This document shows positions 20,163-30,210 of a stretch of 64,000 nucleotides of DNA, piece after piece. The DNA lies in NCBI GenBank assembly GCA_023954715.1, contig JAGSHD010000001.1, positions 428,468-492,467 of the forward strand, in the 5' to 3' direction. How positions within the stretch are numbered: the first letter of the stretch is position 1; every line of letters begins with the position of its first letter. A program made the position numbers and the translations under genes. The DNA is from Candidatus Cloacimonadota bacterium (GTDB lineage Bacteria; Muiribacteriota; UBA6191). Under the pieces are notes generated by a model. It was not told the DNA's origin and searched no databases. It saw nothing but the letters and a program-made list of their open reading frames with translations.

Positions 20163-20421
20163 GGAACATCCTTTGTTAATATCGCTTCTAAACCTCTGAT
20201 CCTTCAGATGTAGAATTAATATATAAAAATTAATCCCCATTTTTTGAGGATTTAATTGCTGAGATTTTAATGTAAAAAAACAATTCTTGCAACAAAAATA
20301 AGTGCTCTAGCTCTGCTTTGTAGCACAACAAAGACTAATTTCTTTATCAAATCGAATAATATCTGTAAAAAATTAGCTGTCTGTGAAGTTTCAACGCTAA
20401 ATATTGTAGAGTCTCTTAGAA

Positions 20422-21207
20422 TTAAATATCAAATAATACTAGTTTATCTTCTTGGGTAAAATCTGCTGATGCAGCTGGATGTCGATCCAATTTTGAAAGC
20501 TTTTCTTGAGAATAAGATTGCTCATAATAAAAAGGATGATATCGTAAATTGTTTTGCTGAAGTACTTCTAACCGTGAGTTTAACAAATCATTTACCATTG
20601 CATAATGACAATTATCTTCAAAGTACATTAAGCTTTTCTTAATCAACTCAATCTGTAAAAGTGTTGATTCGTTTAAAAAGAGCTGTAAAGTCGCCCCTAA
20701 AGACTTATTAGAATATTTCATTAAAGACAGAAATGCTGCTACTTTTACAACGTCATTACTATCTTGTAAAAATCGTTGCAACAAAAAAGCATGGTGGCTT
20801 GTTCGAATACATCCCATAAGGATCATAGAGCAAATTCGATCATTACAACCTTTAGACTCACTTAAAGACAGGATAGTTTCTTTCATATCCTGTCCTAAGT
20901 TTTGGATATGCCTAGATACATGAAATCGAAACACTCTACTTTCAGAGCGATTTAAAATACTTGATTCAAAAAGCTTCATGGTATCAGCACTAGGAAAAAG
21001 TTGAGACAACATATTGGCTGATTTAATTCGTATGCTTAGTTTTCTGTGGTGAAACCCACTTAAAAGAACTTCATAAGCATCTTCACCCATAAATTCAAGG
21101 GCGCTTTTATCATCGATAATATCTTCAACTGACGGAAGACATTCATCTTCATCAAAATCAATCTCGTCATCTAATAATAAATCAGTAATATCTATCAAAT
21201 TATTCAT
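20422..21207 (-). CDS. Hypothetical protein with an acidic N-terminus and a predicted helical repeat body
   Basis: ORF with a GGGAGA SD 8 nt upstream of the ATG at 21207. No recognisable catalytic motif. N-terminus is D/E-rich (DLLLDDEIDFDEDE). Confidence 0.5.
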   Translation of the reverse strand: MNNLIDITDLLLDDEIDFDEDECLPSVEDIIDDKSALEFMGEDAYEVLLSGFHHRKLSIRIKSANMLSQLFPSADTMKLFESSILNRSESRVFRFHVSRHIQNLGQDMKETILSLSESKGCNDRICSMILMGCIRTSHHAFLLQRFLQDSNDVVKVAAFLSLMKYSNKSLGATLQLFLNESTLLQIELIKKSLMYFEDNCHYAMVNDLLNSRLEVLQQNNLRYHPFYYEQSYSQEKLSKLDRHPAASADFTQEDKLVLFDI

Positions 21208-21790
21208 TCTAGTGTTCTCCCAAATGTCTTAACAACTCACATCAACTTTATCACGAGTTCATAAAGAATGTAAATAAAAAAAGCACTTTCTTGTTAATAG
21301 CGGAAAAGCTCATTATTACTATACTCTACAGCTTTTCCCGCTAATTTCCCTACCCCTTTTCTTTGTTTTTGTATTCTTTTTTTTAAAATAAAAACAAGTG
21401 AAAATTGTCCTTGAAAAATCAAGTTTTTTTTATCTTTTTTTAGCAAATAATGACAAAAGATTCATCAAAGCATCTGTTTCTAGAATTAACTACAAAATAA
21501 AACGAGTTCAAACACTAATAAACAGCTAACAACAAGAGATTTAGTTAAGCTCAGGTTTTTTATAATTTTCTTCGATCCATATTGGATTTATTCATTTGTT
21601 ATCTCCATTTTATTCAAATTTGCTAAAATTTTAGATTCTAAAATATGATTTAAAAGATTATGGATGATTTTGGAGCAAACAAAAATATTTTCCTAGTTAA
21701 TTGTTAGATTTACATCAAAATTAACTATGAAACATCAAGTCAAAACACTGGTTTTTAAAAGTACTATTAATTACTTTTGTAGGAGAAGGC

Positions 21791-22549
21791 ATGAATTTAA
21801 AAGGTAAAAAAGGCATTATATTTGGAATTGCCAATGAAAAAAGTATCGCATGGGCCTGTGCTCAGTCACTTAAAGAGCAAGGAGCATCTTTTGGGGTTAC
21901 TTACTTAGGAGATAACATGGAAAAGCGTGTTCGACCTCTAGGTGAGCAAATTGGAGCAGACTTCATAGTGCCTTGTGACCTTACAAATGATCAAGAAACT
22001 AAAGCATGTTTTGATAAAGCACAAGAAGTATACGGTAAAATAGATTTCGTAGTTCATTCTGTTGCTTGGGCAGACAAAAAGGCTTTAGCAGGAGGAATCT
22101 CTCAAGTAAGCATTGAAGATTTTACTTCTGCCTTACAAATTAGCTCTTGGTCTCTTTTAAATATGTGTAAATATGCACAAGAAATCTTAAATGACGACGG
22201 ATCGATTGTCACAATGTCCTACATTGGCTCTCAAAGAGCCATCCCTAACTATGGATTAATGGGGATAGCAAAAGCAACTCTTGAGTCAGAAGTTAGATAT
22301 TTAGCTAGTGAATTTGGAGAAAGAGGAATCAGAGTAAATACATTATCAGCTGGCCCATTAAGGACACTTGCTTCTGCTGGAATCAAAGGTTTTAAAGGGT
22401 TTCAAAGTGATGTAGGAGAGCTTCAATCTATCAAAAGGACATTAACAACCCAAGAAGTTGGAAACACCTGTGCTTTCTTGTTGAGTCCAATGTCGTCTGG
22501 TATCACTGGACAAACAATCTATGTGGATTTAGGATTTAGTTCTAAATAG
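21791..22549 (+). CDS. fabI: Enoyl-[acyl-carrier-protein] reductase (NADH)
   Basis: GIANEKSIAWACAQSL... N-terminus, SDR fold length of 252 aa, and a Tyr/Lys active-site region (SYIGSQRAIPNYGLMGIAKATLE). GGAGAAGG SD precedes the ATG. Confidence 0.9.
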   Translation: MNLKGKKGIIFGIANEKSIAWACAQSLKEQGASFGVTYLGDNMEKRVRPLGEQIGADFIVPCDLTNDQETKACFDKAQEVYGKIDFVVHSVAWADKKALAGGISQVSIEDFTSALQISSWSLLNMCKYAQEILNDDGSIVTMSYIGSQRAIPNYGLMGIAKATLESEVRYLASEFGERGIRVNTLSAGPLRTLASAGIKGFKGFQSDVGELQSIKRTLTTQEVGNTCAFLLSPMSSGITGQTIYVDLGFSSK

Positions 22550-22556
22550 TAAATAA

Positions 22557-22583
22557 GGGTGCAACATTGCACCCTATTTTTTT
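22557..22583. terminator. Intrinsic terminator between convergent fabI and the PH-domain membrane protein gene
   Basis: gggtgcaa/ttgcaccc inverted repeat forms a 7-8 bp GC-rich stem. TATTTTTTT follows on the plus strand; an A-rich run on the other side makes it potentially bidirectional. Confidence 0.7.
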
Positions 22584-22609
22584 ATCTATCTAAAAGTATA
22601 AATCGTATT

Positions 22610-23368
22610 TTAAGTCCTAGTCATAAAGCTTAAAATATGCTGATGAACTTCTTCTACCCATGGAATATCATGGAGTGCATATTCGCTGTTTTCATCAATT
22701 ACTTTGCTGCTATGCCCAGCGCTCACCCCTGCCATCACGGAGTTAGCAACCTGCCCACCAACATGAACTTGACTCTCCATTGCACCTGTACCTAATCCAC
22801 TTGAAGTGATAGGAATAATCGTACCATAGCCAAATATTTTGCCAAAAATACCCACATGCATTTGGATATCTTGAATCTTTGAATAAAACACGGTTCTACT
22901 TCTTGTTTTAAAGCCTGGTTTTAGAAACTCGATCCTAAAGTTAGTCACCATATACTTCGTACCAACCCTTACGTACTCTTGATAAAACAAAAATAATAGG
23001 CTTAACATAAAAAGTACTCTAGGCCCCAAATCTTCAATCTCCGGGTAAAACCACTGTAAGATAATCAATAAGCTCAAAGATACTAACAAATACGAGTATT
23101 CTCGCCACATAATTCGAGTGACCGCAATAACTAAACCACAAAGTACAGGAGGAACAATCCAAATATTATGAGAAAACTTCAAAACAAACCAAGATAAAAT
23201 GGCAATCGACTCCACCTTAGAGTCAATAAAAGCTAATAAATCCAGTTTATATAAAAGCCACACTCCTAATAAAACGACATTCATTAGCCAAAATAAGCTC
23301 TTCGAACCCAATGTTAGTAATCTAGGGTTTAACTCATAATAGACTTGTTCGTCATCAATTAACTTCAT
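22610..23368 (-). CDS. Membrane protein with a bacterial PH (YdbT-like) domain
   Basis: Several hydrophobic helices, then a C-terminal soluble region. Last gene of the sugar/LCP operon; it starts 2 nt after the LCP stop. Confidence 0.5.
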   Translation of the reverse strand: MKLIDDEQVYYELNPRLLTLGSKSLFWLMNVVLLGVWLLYKLDLLAFIDSKVESIAILSWFVLKFSHNIWIVPPVLCGLVIAVTRIMWREYSYLLVSLSLLIILQWFYPEIEDLGPRVLFMLSLLFLFYQEYVRVGTKYMVTNFRIEFLKPGFKTRSRTVFYSKIQDIQMHVGIFGKIFGYGTIIPITSSGLGTGAMESQVHVGGQVANSVMAGVSAGHSSKVIDENSEYALHDIPWVEEVHQHILSFMTRT

Positions 23369-23370
23369 TG

Positions 23371-24798
23371 TTACTCCTTGATGTTAGGTTTTGTAGATGC
23401 AGGAAAACCTAATACACTTGTTTGAATAACAAAGCCAAAACTACTACTTTGTTTTGTCACTATATCCATCTGATTTAAACTATCACTTAAGACATGGTGT
23501 GACGATACACTTTGGGTCTCTAATATACTTGTTTTTGGTATAACTGCAGTAGTTGAAAGTAACGAAGGGGTTATTGAACTTACTATTATACTAATATCAG
23601 TCGACGCTGTCATGGCTATGTTAGAGCTCACAGAACTACTTAACACCATTGACTTGGTTCTTGTAACGGTCTTTGGTTTAGAAATATTCAATGGATCATT
23701 TAAAGGATCTAATATTGCTTGTGGAATCTCATTGGTTTGAAACAACCACGAGTAAGAAGCAATTTTATCTTTTCTACTCGATACAAAAAAGTTAATTTTT
23801 TTCTTGTAGTTTTTAACATGTAAATAAAGCCCTTCCCCTTTTAAAGTTCCGTGTTTTAATGCGCCTTTTTTCATGTCTCTAAATCGCAATAAAAGCTTAA
23901 ATACTAAATCTGCACTCAAATCGGTCTCTACATCTTTTAGCAAAGACACAAAAAACTTAGGTAATCTCCCGATAAAGGCGATATTTTTCCATTTAAATGA
24001 AAATAGATCTCTCAATCTCTCTTCAAATGACAAGATAAACTTTTTTTGTCTTTTAATTCGTCCTAGATCACCCATACCATCAGCTCTAAATCGAACATAA
24101 CCTTCGGCATTTTTCCCAGTTAAGTATTGACTTCCTTTTTTAATATCTATAATCAGACCATCCGCTTTATCTTGATAATACATATCTTTCAATACATCTA
24201 CTTTTACTCCCCCAAGAGTATCAATGATTTTTCTGAACAATTTTAAATCTACTACAATAGAGTGATCTATTTTTATATGAAAGAATCTAGTCAAGGAATC
24301 CTTAAGCATCGTTAAACCACCCCATCGAAATGTATGATTTAACTTGTCTAAAATAAGGTCTCCATCCTTTAAAATGGGTACTCTAGTATCTCTTGGCATA
24401 GATAAAAGGTGGATTTTTCCGCTATCTAAAAAGACATGGCATAATATAATAGTATCAGCACGATTTTTATTTTCTTTTCCTAAGACAAGAATCGTATAGC
24501 GTTTTTTAAGTTTATCTGTAGCATACTCTTTGGTGGCATAGGCTTTAGCACCTTTGATTTTTTTTATCTCTAATTTACTATTAGCGATATATAGATTTAC
24601 TTGAAACAAAAAGACTACGATTGCAATACAAACTAAAAATAAAAAACGCCCAAGAATCTTTCTCTTTCTAGCTCCTATATTATTGTCTTTTAAATCTACA
24701 AAATCATCTTGTTTTTTAAAGAGTGCTATCCCTGGAAACTCAGGGATACAATCCAATATTTTCTTGAAGAACTTGCCCATGAATTTACTGTCCAGCAA
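23371..24798 (-). CDS. LytR-CpsA-Psr (LCP) family protein with a Ser/Thr-rich C-terminal tail
   Basis: N-terminal TM helix, then ILVLGKENKNRADTIILCHV...LLSMPRDTRVPI, an LCP core motif. C-terminal 110 residues are S/T-rich. Start ambiguous: TTG at 24798 or ATG at 24780. Confidence 0.7.
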   Translation of the reverse strand: MLDSKFMGKFFKKILDCIPEFPGIALFKKQDDFVDLKDNNIGARKRKILGRFLFLVCIAIVVFLFQVNLYIANSKLEIKKIKGAKAYATKEYATDKLKKRYTILVLGKENKNRADTIILCHVFLDSGKIHLLSMPRDTRVPILKDGDLILDKLNHTFRWGGLTMLKDSLTRFFHIKIDHSIVVDLKLFRKIIDTLGGVKVDVLKDMYYQDKADGLIIDIKKGSQYLTGKNAEGYVRFRADGMGDLGRIKRQKKFILSFEERLRDLFSFKWKNIAFIGRLPKFFVSLLKDVETDLSADLVFKLLLRFRDMKKGALKHGTLKGEGLYLHVKNYKKKINFFVSSRKDKIASYSWLFQTNEIPQAILDPLNDPLNISKPKTVTRTKSMVLSSSVSSNIAMTASTDISIIVSSITPSLLSTTAVIPKTSILETQSVSSHHVLSDSLNQMDIVTKQSSSFGFVIQTSVLGFPASTKPNIKE

Positions 24799-25351
24799 TC
24801 ATAAAGTTATAACAGTGAATACTATCTGGATGAACTTGTTTACCAGAATCAATAGTATATTTAATCTTATGACTTAATATTTTTAGTATTAGAGCATCTA
24901 TACTCTCTATTGCTTGCTTCATGAAAGTCTTGTCATGCCATGTCCTCAAAGGCTCAATATAATCAGCCACATAAAGGATTTTATCGTCTACACTCATTTG
25001 AGCTTTACCCGTAGTATGCCATAGTATTGGTGACAAATAATCTGCTGTAAGGCCAAACAACTCTTGAGACTTAAAAAATGAAGTTTTTGCATGATAGAGT
25101 GCTGAGTTAGCTAAAAGAGTTTGATCTTTTGGAAACTTCACTTGAAGCAACTCTTTTTGGCTTTGATTGTCATCCTCTTTGCATAGATCATGTAACAAGC
25201 CAAGAATCTTATGCCTTTGGCTATCTAAGTTAAAATGTAAGGCTAGTTTTTCAGCGGTTTTACTTACAGAAATTATATGCCCTAAACGCTTACTAGCAAC
25301 TCTTTTTTTTAGCTCGCTCAATATGTCAGTTTCTAGTTGCTTGAAGTTCAC
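24785..25351 (-). CDS. HD-domain phosphohydrolase, YqeK-like (GTG start)
   Basis: H..V...A..LA........LGLLHDLCKED, an HD motif. 188 aa, as in YqeK-type Ap4A hydrolases. Overlaps the LCP gene by 14 nt. Confidence 0.6.
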   Translation of the reverse strand: MNFKQLETDILSELKKRVASKRLGHIISVSKTAEKLALHFNLDSQRHKILGLLHDLCKEDDNQSQKELLQVKFPKDQTLLANSALYHAKTSFFKSQELFGLTADYLSPILWHTTGKAQMSVDDKILYVADYIEPLRTWHDKTFMKQAIESIDALILKILSHKIKYTIDSGKQVHPDSIHCYNFMIAGQ

Positions 25352-25375
25352 AGTTTTATCCGAATCAACATAAAA

Positions 25376-26377
25376 TTACAAAATACCTTGTTTTTCTTCG
25401 AGGCTTAATAATAGATTTAATATTTCTTCTTTAGATAAGTAGGTAGAATGCTCAGAGTCATAAATACTCTTATCAATTGATTCATCTTTGTTTACGGTGT
25501 GTCCTACAATCAACATTTCAGTCTCTTCTTTGCAGTAAGGCAACTCATGTGCAAATAAAAGCTCTTCATGTAGTTTTTCGCCCTCACGTGTGCCCACAAT
25601 ATTTAAATCAACCGTTTTTAATCCTTTTAAAGAAGCATACTCTCCACGAATTACTTCAACAAGATCTAATACACGAATACATGGCATCTTAAGAATGAAT
25701 GTTTCTCCATATTTAGCTAATTGCCCTGCTTGTAAAACTAATGATACTGCTTTTTGTAAAGTCATCACAAAACGAGTCATATCAGCATGAGTCAAAGTAA
25801 TGGATTTACCCTCTCTTAATTGAGATAAAAACAAGGGAATCACTGAGCCGCGAGTACCTAAAACATTACCAAATCGAACACAAGAAAAGATTGTTTTTCG
25901 AGGCCCCTTGTAGCGATTTGCTGTACCCATCAGTTTTTCAGCCAGTAATTTAGTAGTACCCATAGTATTAATTGGGTTAACAACTTTATCAGTGGAGACT
26001 AAAATTACTTTTTTAACGCCTTTTTCCATGGCAACTTCAATGATATTTTGAGTCCCAATTACATTTGTTTTAACAGCTTCAAATGGATTAAACTCACAAG
26101 ACGGAACTTGCTTTAAAGCAGCTGCATTAAATACATAGTCTACGTTTTCCATTGCTAGTGACAATCGTGACTTATCTCGAATATCTCCCATCAAAAAACG
26201 AACTTTAGAGGTATCGTCTAACTCCTGATGAAAACAATATTGTTTGTATTCATCTCTAGACAAGACTCGAATAGAAGCAGGTTCATATTTCAAGACCTCT
26301 TGAACTAAAGCACGCCCGATAGAGCCGGTACCACCCGTGACCAATATTGTTTTACCTTTGAGATAATCTAAGCCCAT
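25376..26377 (-). CDS. pseB: UDP-N-acetylglucosamine 4,6-dehydratase (PseB/CapD/FlaA1 family)
   Basis: KTILVTGGTGSIGRAL Rossmann motif, 333-aa length, YxxxK region. Position in a nucleotide-sugar operon. Confidence 0.75.
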   Translation of the reverse strand: MGLDYLKGKTILVTGGTGSIGRALVQEVLKYEPASIRVLSRDEYKQYCFHQELDDTSKVRFLMGDIRDKSRLSLAMENVDYVFNAAALKQVPSCEFNPFEAVKTNVIGTQNIIEVAMEKGVKKVILVSTDKVVNPINTMGTTKLLAEKLMGTANRYKGPRKTIFSCVRFGNVLGTRGSVIPLFLSQLREGKSITLTHADMTRFVMTLQKAVSLVLQAGQLAKYGETFILKMPCIRVLDLVEVIRGEYASLKGLKTVDLNIVGTREGEKLHEELLFAHELPYCKEETEMLIVGHTVNKDESIDKSIYDSEHSTYLSKEEILNLLLSLEEKQGIL

Positions 26378-26378
26378 T

Positions 26379-27470
26379 TTAGCTCCGATCTAAGACCATT
26401 AAATTTGAGGGAGTATTCCCATTGTCTAAATGTACTAAAGTCCCTTTATTTTGGCAAGAATTATATATACAATCTATGACTTTTACAGCATCTAAACCAT
26501 CTTGAATTGTGGACTGATTGGGAGCCTTCGACTCGATGATATCAAGTAAATGTTTTAAACGACTTTTAAACGGATTGATGGCTGTTGGCAGCTCTAATTG
26601 CTTAGGCTTTAAAAACGGTGAGTTACTCGGCTTTTGAAAAAAGCTGATATTTCCGTGAGAATCAATCAATTTTGCTCTCTCCCATTGAATTTGTATTTCA
26701 AAATGAAAGTACCTTCTTCTTCCACCTACTAAAAAACTGCCTAATACATTGTTTTCAAAAAACATATTACCCAAACAAGTATCCTCAGTTAACAGATTTT
26801 TCTTTTCTTGGCTAGCCACTCCGTTTACGCTTAAAGGTCGTCCAGCATACCAAACCATCAAATCAAACAAATGAGTCCCATCATGCAATAGTGGGCCACC
26901 AAAGTAGCTTTTTTCTTTTTGCCCTTTTGATTTTTTTACAAAAGATCCACAATGAATTTCACCATGAATTGATTTCAATTTACCCAACCCTCTTTTATTG
27001 ATTAAACTTTTATAGAAAGAAAAACTAGAATAAAAACGCCGATCGTGGCAAACAACAACATTTAACCCCTTCAAAAGCTCTTGAATTTCAATAGCTTCTT
27101 TTGTATCCATCCCTACAGGTTTTTCTAATAGAACTCCAAAAACTTGATTAGATTTTGCATATTCAGCTACAATTTGACAAGATTCCAAATGAGCACTAGA
27201 GCTTGCACAGATTGAGATGATATTTGGTTTAAGCTCTTGTAAGATGTTTTTTAGATTTTTACTAGCAGTCTTAACTCCGGTATAACTCTCTTCAAACAAG
27301 TCGCATTGATTTTGATCTATATCATATCCACCGATCAAGTCTACTTCTTGATGATCAAAATAAGCCCCAGCATGTGTACAAGGAAAAGTTCGAAAGCTAT
27401 CCTGCTCCATAGTAAAAGCAATACGGCCCAATCCAATAACAAATGCTTTATACATATAATTCAGACTCAT
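26379..27470 (-). CDS. Gfo/Idh/MocA-family NAD(P)-dependent oxidoreductase
   Basis: N-terminal VIGLGRIA dinucleotide-binding motif and EKP catalytic-region motif (LLEKPVG). Confidence 0.65.
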   Translation of the reverse strand: MSLNYMYKAFVIGLGRIAFTMEQDSFRTFPCTHAGAYFDHQEVDLIGGYDIDQNQCDLFEESYTGVKTASKNLKNILQELKPNIISICASSSAHLESCQIVAEYAKSNQVFGVLLEKPVGMDTKEAIEIQELLKGLNVVVCHDRRFYSSFSFYKSLINKRGLGKLKSIHGEIHCGSFVKKSKGQKEKSYFGGPLLHDGTHLFDLMVWYAGRPLSVNGVASQEKKNLLTEDTCLGNMFFENNVLGSFLVGGRRRYFHFEIQIQWERAKLIDSHGNISFFQKPSNSPFLKPKQLELPTAINPFKSRLKHLLDIIESKAPNQSTIQDGLDAVKVIDCIYNSCQNKGTLVHLDNGNTPSNLMVLDRS

Positions 27471-28368
27471 ATTTCATCATAATTAAATGCTCATGCTCCA
27501 CTTCAAAACTACTAATTTTACGATCACAAGCCCACTCCAATAAATTTTGGCAAAAATCTAATCCAGCTGCAATTGTTAATGGGATTCCGCCTGAAAACCT
27601 TGGATTAATTTCAAGAAAATAGAACTCATTGTTATGCTCAATACACTGAATATTCCAGGGACCTTTTAATGCAAAATTTTGATTTATGGATTGAATCAAC
27701 TCAATCAATTTTTGATTCATACAAACATATCCAACATCAGATACCCCTGCTCGAACTTTATCTCGAACTCTGGGTAAAATATTTATTATATTGCAATCAT
27801 TATCACTGAATACATCAACAGTATACTCCTTACCATCAACCCATTTTTGTATAAAACCATTTGTCAGTCTAGGCCAAAACACATCTAACTCTGCATCTGA
27901 GTAAATCTTAAATTGATTTACTGACCCATAACCTAAATCTTCTTTTAAAACAGAAGGATAAGATTTAGACCCATTTTTTTGATAAATTTCAGGTACATTC
28001 AAACCGTGCTTTTTAAAAAACTCTGCTGACTCGGTTTTCGATAAAAACTTCTTTAATGTTGACCCAGAGTCTAAAACACGAACCTTTGAGTCAATAGGAT
28101 TACTTAGAAAATACTTTAAATCTAAATCACTCCCCGGAAGGATAAAATCAATTTGATACTTATCTAATACATCTTTCAATGCTTCATTAAAGTTTGCATG
28201 ATCCATTCTTGGCACCATTTCAAAATAATCACAAAATCGCAAAGATGGAGTATGCTCATAAATCTCAGTACCAACTAATTTTAATGGGATATCTAATTTT
28301 TTTGCCGCCTGTCTAAGAAGTTTAATTAAAGTGACTCTTCGGCCTGTGCTTGGGAGTAAAATATTCAT
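27448..28368 (-). CDS. ATP-grasp domain ligase
   Basis: C-terminal LEINPRFSGG and neighbouring KGPWNIQCIEHNNEFYFLE match the ATP-grasp fold (CPSase-like). Confidence 0.6.
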   Translation of the reverse strand: MNILLPSTGRRVTLIKLLRQAAKKLDIPLKLVGTEIYEHTPSLRFCDYFEMVPRMDHANFNEALKDVLDKYQIDFILPGSDLDLKYFLSNPIDSKVRVLDSGSTLKKFLSKTESAEFFKKHGLNVPEIYQKNGSKSYPSVLKEDLGYGSVNQFKIYSDAELDVFWPRLTNGFIQKWVDGKEYTVDVFSDNDCNIINILPRVRDKVRAGVSDVGYVCMNQKLIELIQSINQNFALKGPWNIQCIEHNNEFYFLEINPRFSGGIPLTIAAGLDFCQNLLEWACDRKISSFEVEHEHLIMMKYESELYV

Positions 28369-29282
28369 TGAGGATGGTCTTCTTTTTGAAAAGGGATGTC
28401 ACACTGTGCACAAAGCCCACTACATTTGCTGCTAGTCTTATTTAAAGAGAAGCTGTCTTTTCTAGCAATAAGCCACTTTCGTAGCGAAACCATTTCTTTT
28501 GAGTTCCAGGCATCCATAATGGGTATATTTTTACCTAATGGATAAATCCCATCAAAATCTACACAACAAGGAACAAAAGTGCCATCCCACAAAACGGCCA
28601 TGGACCTCCATGGATAAGAACATATATTGTATTGCTTAACCACATCCTCTGTTTTAAGACCATCTAAATATCCAATCCAGTTTCTGTATACTTTTACATT
28701 TAAATAGTCTGGATTGAGCAATTTCATTTGCTTTTTGAAATCCTCGATAAGATCTCTTGTTTCATCTAACTCTATTACCTCTATTGTAATTTCACAGCTA
28801 GATTTTAACTCATTTTTTAGCTCAATAACTCTTGTTATATTTGCTAAAGTTGTTTCATAATTACCATTTACTCTTAAGGACTCGTAAATCTCTTTATTTA
28901 CGCCTTCAAAAGAAATTGTTATATGTTGAATCCCCGTTTTTAAAAGAGCAATGGCCTTCTTTTCATTTAAAAAAGATGCATTGGTATTTAATCTACACTC
29001 CAAACCACGCTTTACAATTTCTTCAATCATAAAAAAGAGTTCTTTGTGCATTAAAGACTCACCCAAAAAGAACAAGTTAATCTTTTTAACTCCACAGTTA
29101 CATGCATCTTCTAAAAGATTTAAAAAGACTTCTCTCTCCATAAACCCTTTATCTCTAGTTTGATCTTTTTGAGGACAAAAAACACATGCTAAATTACAAT
29201 GATTGGTTGGTTCAATGAATAGTGTATAAGGTGCGTTGTCGCACACTGCTGATCGGTTTTTATATTTTTCCAGATTGTCCAT
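28365..29282 (-). CDS. Radical SAM enzyme with a SPASM-like C-terminal Cys cluster
   Basis: IEPTNHCNLACVFCPQ is a canonical Cx3Cx2C. C-terminus carries CCVDFDG...CSGLCAQC. Confidence 0.7.
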   Translation of the reverse strand: MDNLEKYKNRSAVCDNAPYTLFIEPTNHCNLACVFCPQKDQTRDKGFMEREVFLNLLEDACNCGVKKINLFFLGESLMHKELFFMIEEIVKRGLECRLNTNASFLNEKKAIALLKTGIQHITISFEGVNKEIYESLRVNGNYETTLANITRVIELKNELKSSCEITIEVIELDETRDLIEDFKKQMKLLNPDYLNVKVYRNWIGYLDGLKTEDVVKQYNICSYPWRSMAVLWDGTFVPCCVDFDGIYPLGKNIPIMDAWNSKEMVSLRKWLIARKDSFSLNKTSSKCSGLCAQCDIPFQKEDHPQ

Positions 29283-30210
29283 GTTGAATTATTAGATCTA
29301 CTACAAGCTTTGTAGAGTCTTCTCCGTTTAGTTTTTGAAAGTGCTTTACTATACTATCGACATCTTCTATTTCAAAGACTTCATTTATAGCTTTTATCAA
29401 TTGAGTTTCGTCAAAATTATGGTGTAAACCAAAGTATTGCCCCAATTTATGATGAACCAAGTTTAATGCTGTTGTTTCTTGCTCTTGATTTTGCGCAATC
29501 ATTAACGGAATACAGCCTGACTTTAAAGCCTCGTACGCTGTAATTCCTCCTGAGCAAATAATCACCTTATAGGCTCCCATAAATAATGAAAGCTGTTTTA
29601 CATTTTCTAAAAAAGTTAGTTTTGGAAAAGCCTCTTTTAAAAAATGTCTACGCTTTTGGGTAAACCCAGGACCAATCACAATATCTAAATTATCCATAGA
29701 ACATTTTTTTAAAAACTGCTCTGTTATCTCATTGGGGTCTGATCCCCCAAAACTCAGTAATACTTTATTATTTTTTACCTGTTTTTTTATACCGCGTCCA
29801 AAGACAAAATACTTTACACCGATATACTCTACTCTTTGATTTAAATTAAGAACTTGATGATCTAACCCTAGTAAAGTACTACAAATATGAACATCAACCA
29901 AATACCGAAGATCAGATAATTCATCTATGGCTATTGTAGTAATCTCATCTACTGCTGAGTAAAATGACTTTGGAAACTCAGGCTCATCTATAATTAAAAC
30001 ATCAGCAGACTTACAGAGCTTCAAAAACTCTTTTTCTGAATCAATATGTAATGCAGTAAAATCAAGTAAAAGCATAGCTTTTTGTGAATGAAAATGTACA
30101 AAAAGAACTTCGTATCCTTTGTAAGCTAGCTCTTTGGCAATGACTTCCAATCTCTTTAAATGACCAAAGCCGATCGAGACACTAGCCTCTGTCTTTAGCA
30201 AAAACTTCAT
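29260..30210 (-). CDS. PseG/SpsG-like UDP-sugar hydrolase (MurG-like GT-B fold)
   Basis: SIGFGHLKRLEVIAKEL matches the GxGHxxR signature of the PseG family. 316 aa. Confidence 0.5.
   Translation of the reverse strand: MKFLLKTEASVSIGFGHLKRLEVIAKELAYKGYEVLFVHFHSQKAMLLLDFTALHIDSEKEFLKLCKSADVLIIDEPEFPKSFYSAVDEITTIAIDELSDLRYLVDVHICSTLLGLDHQVLNLNQRVEYIGVKYFVFGRGIKKQVKNNKVLLSFGGSDPNEITEQFLKKCSMDNLDIVIGPGFTQKRRHFLKEAFPKLTFLENVKQLSLFMGAYKVIICSGGITAYEALKSGCIPLMIAQNQEQETTALNLVHHKLGQYFGLHHNFDETQLIKAINEVFEIEDVDSIVKHFQKLNGEDSTKLVVDLIIQHGQSGKI

Noticed and set aside
18720-20240. Upstream-extended starts in the track for glgA, glmS (57858), fliP (46193), giant lipoprotein 2 (16416), the TolB-like gene (42014), the SLT gene (33809), the binding-protein gene (50407) and the MVP-like gene (31247)
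   Set aside because: In each case a downstream ATG coincides with the conserved family N-terminus or with the signal peptide, and has a better SD. The longer versions use TTG or GTG without ribosome-binding sites.
20232-20253. Imperfect hairpin (aatcccc / gaggatt) with flanking T-rich sequence as a terminator for gene 20422..21207
   Set aside because: One mismatch in a 7-bp stem. It lies only about 70 nt from the glgA start, so it could equally be glgA 5'-UTR structure. Too weak to call.
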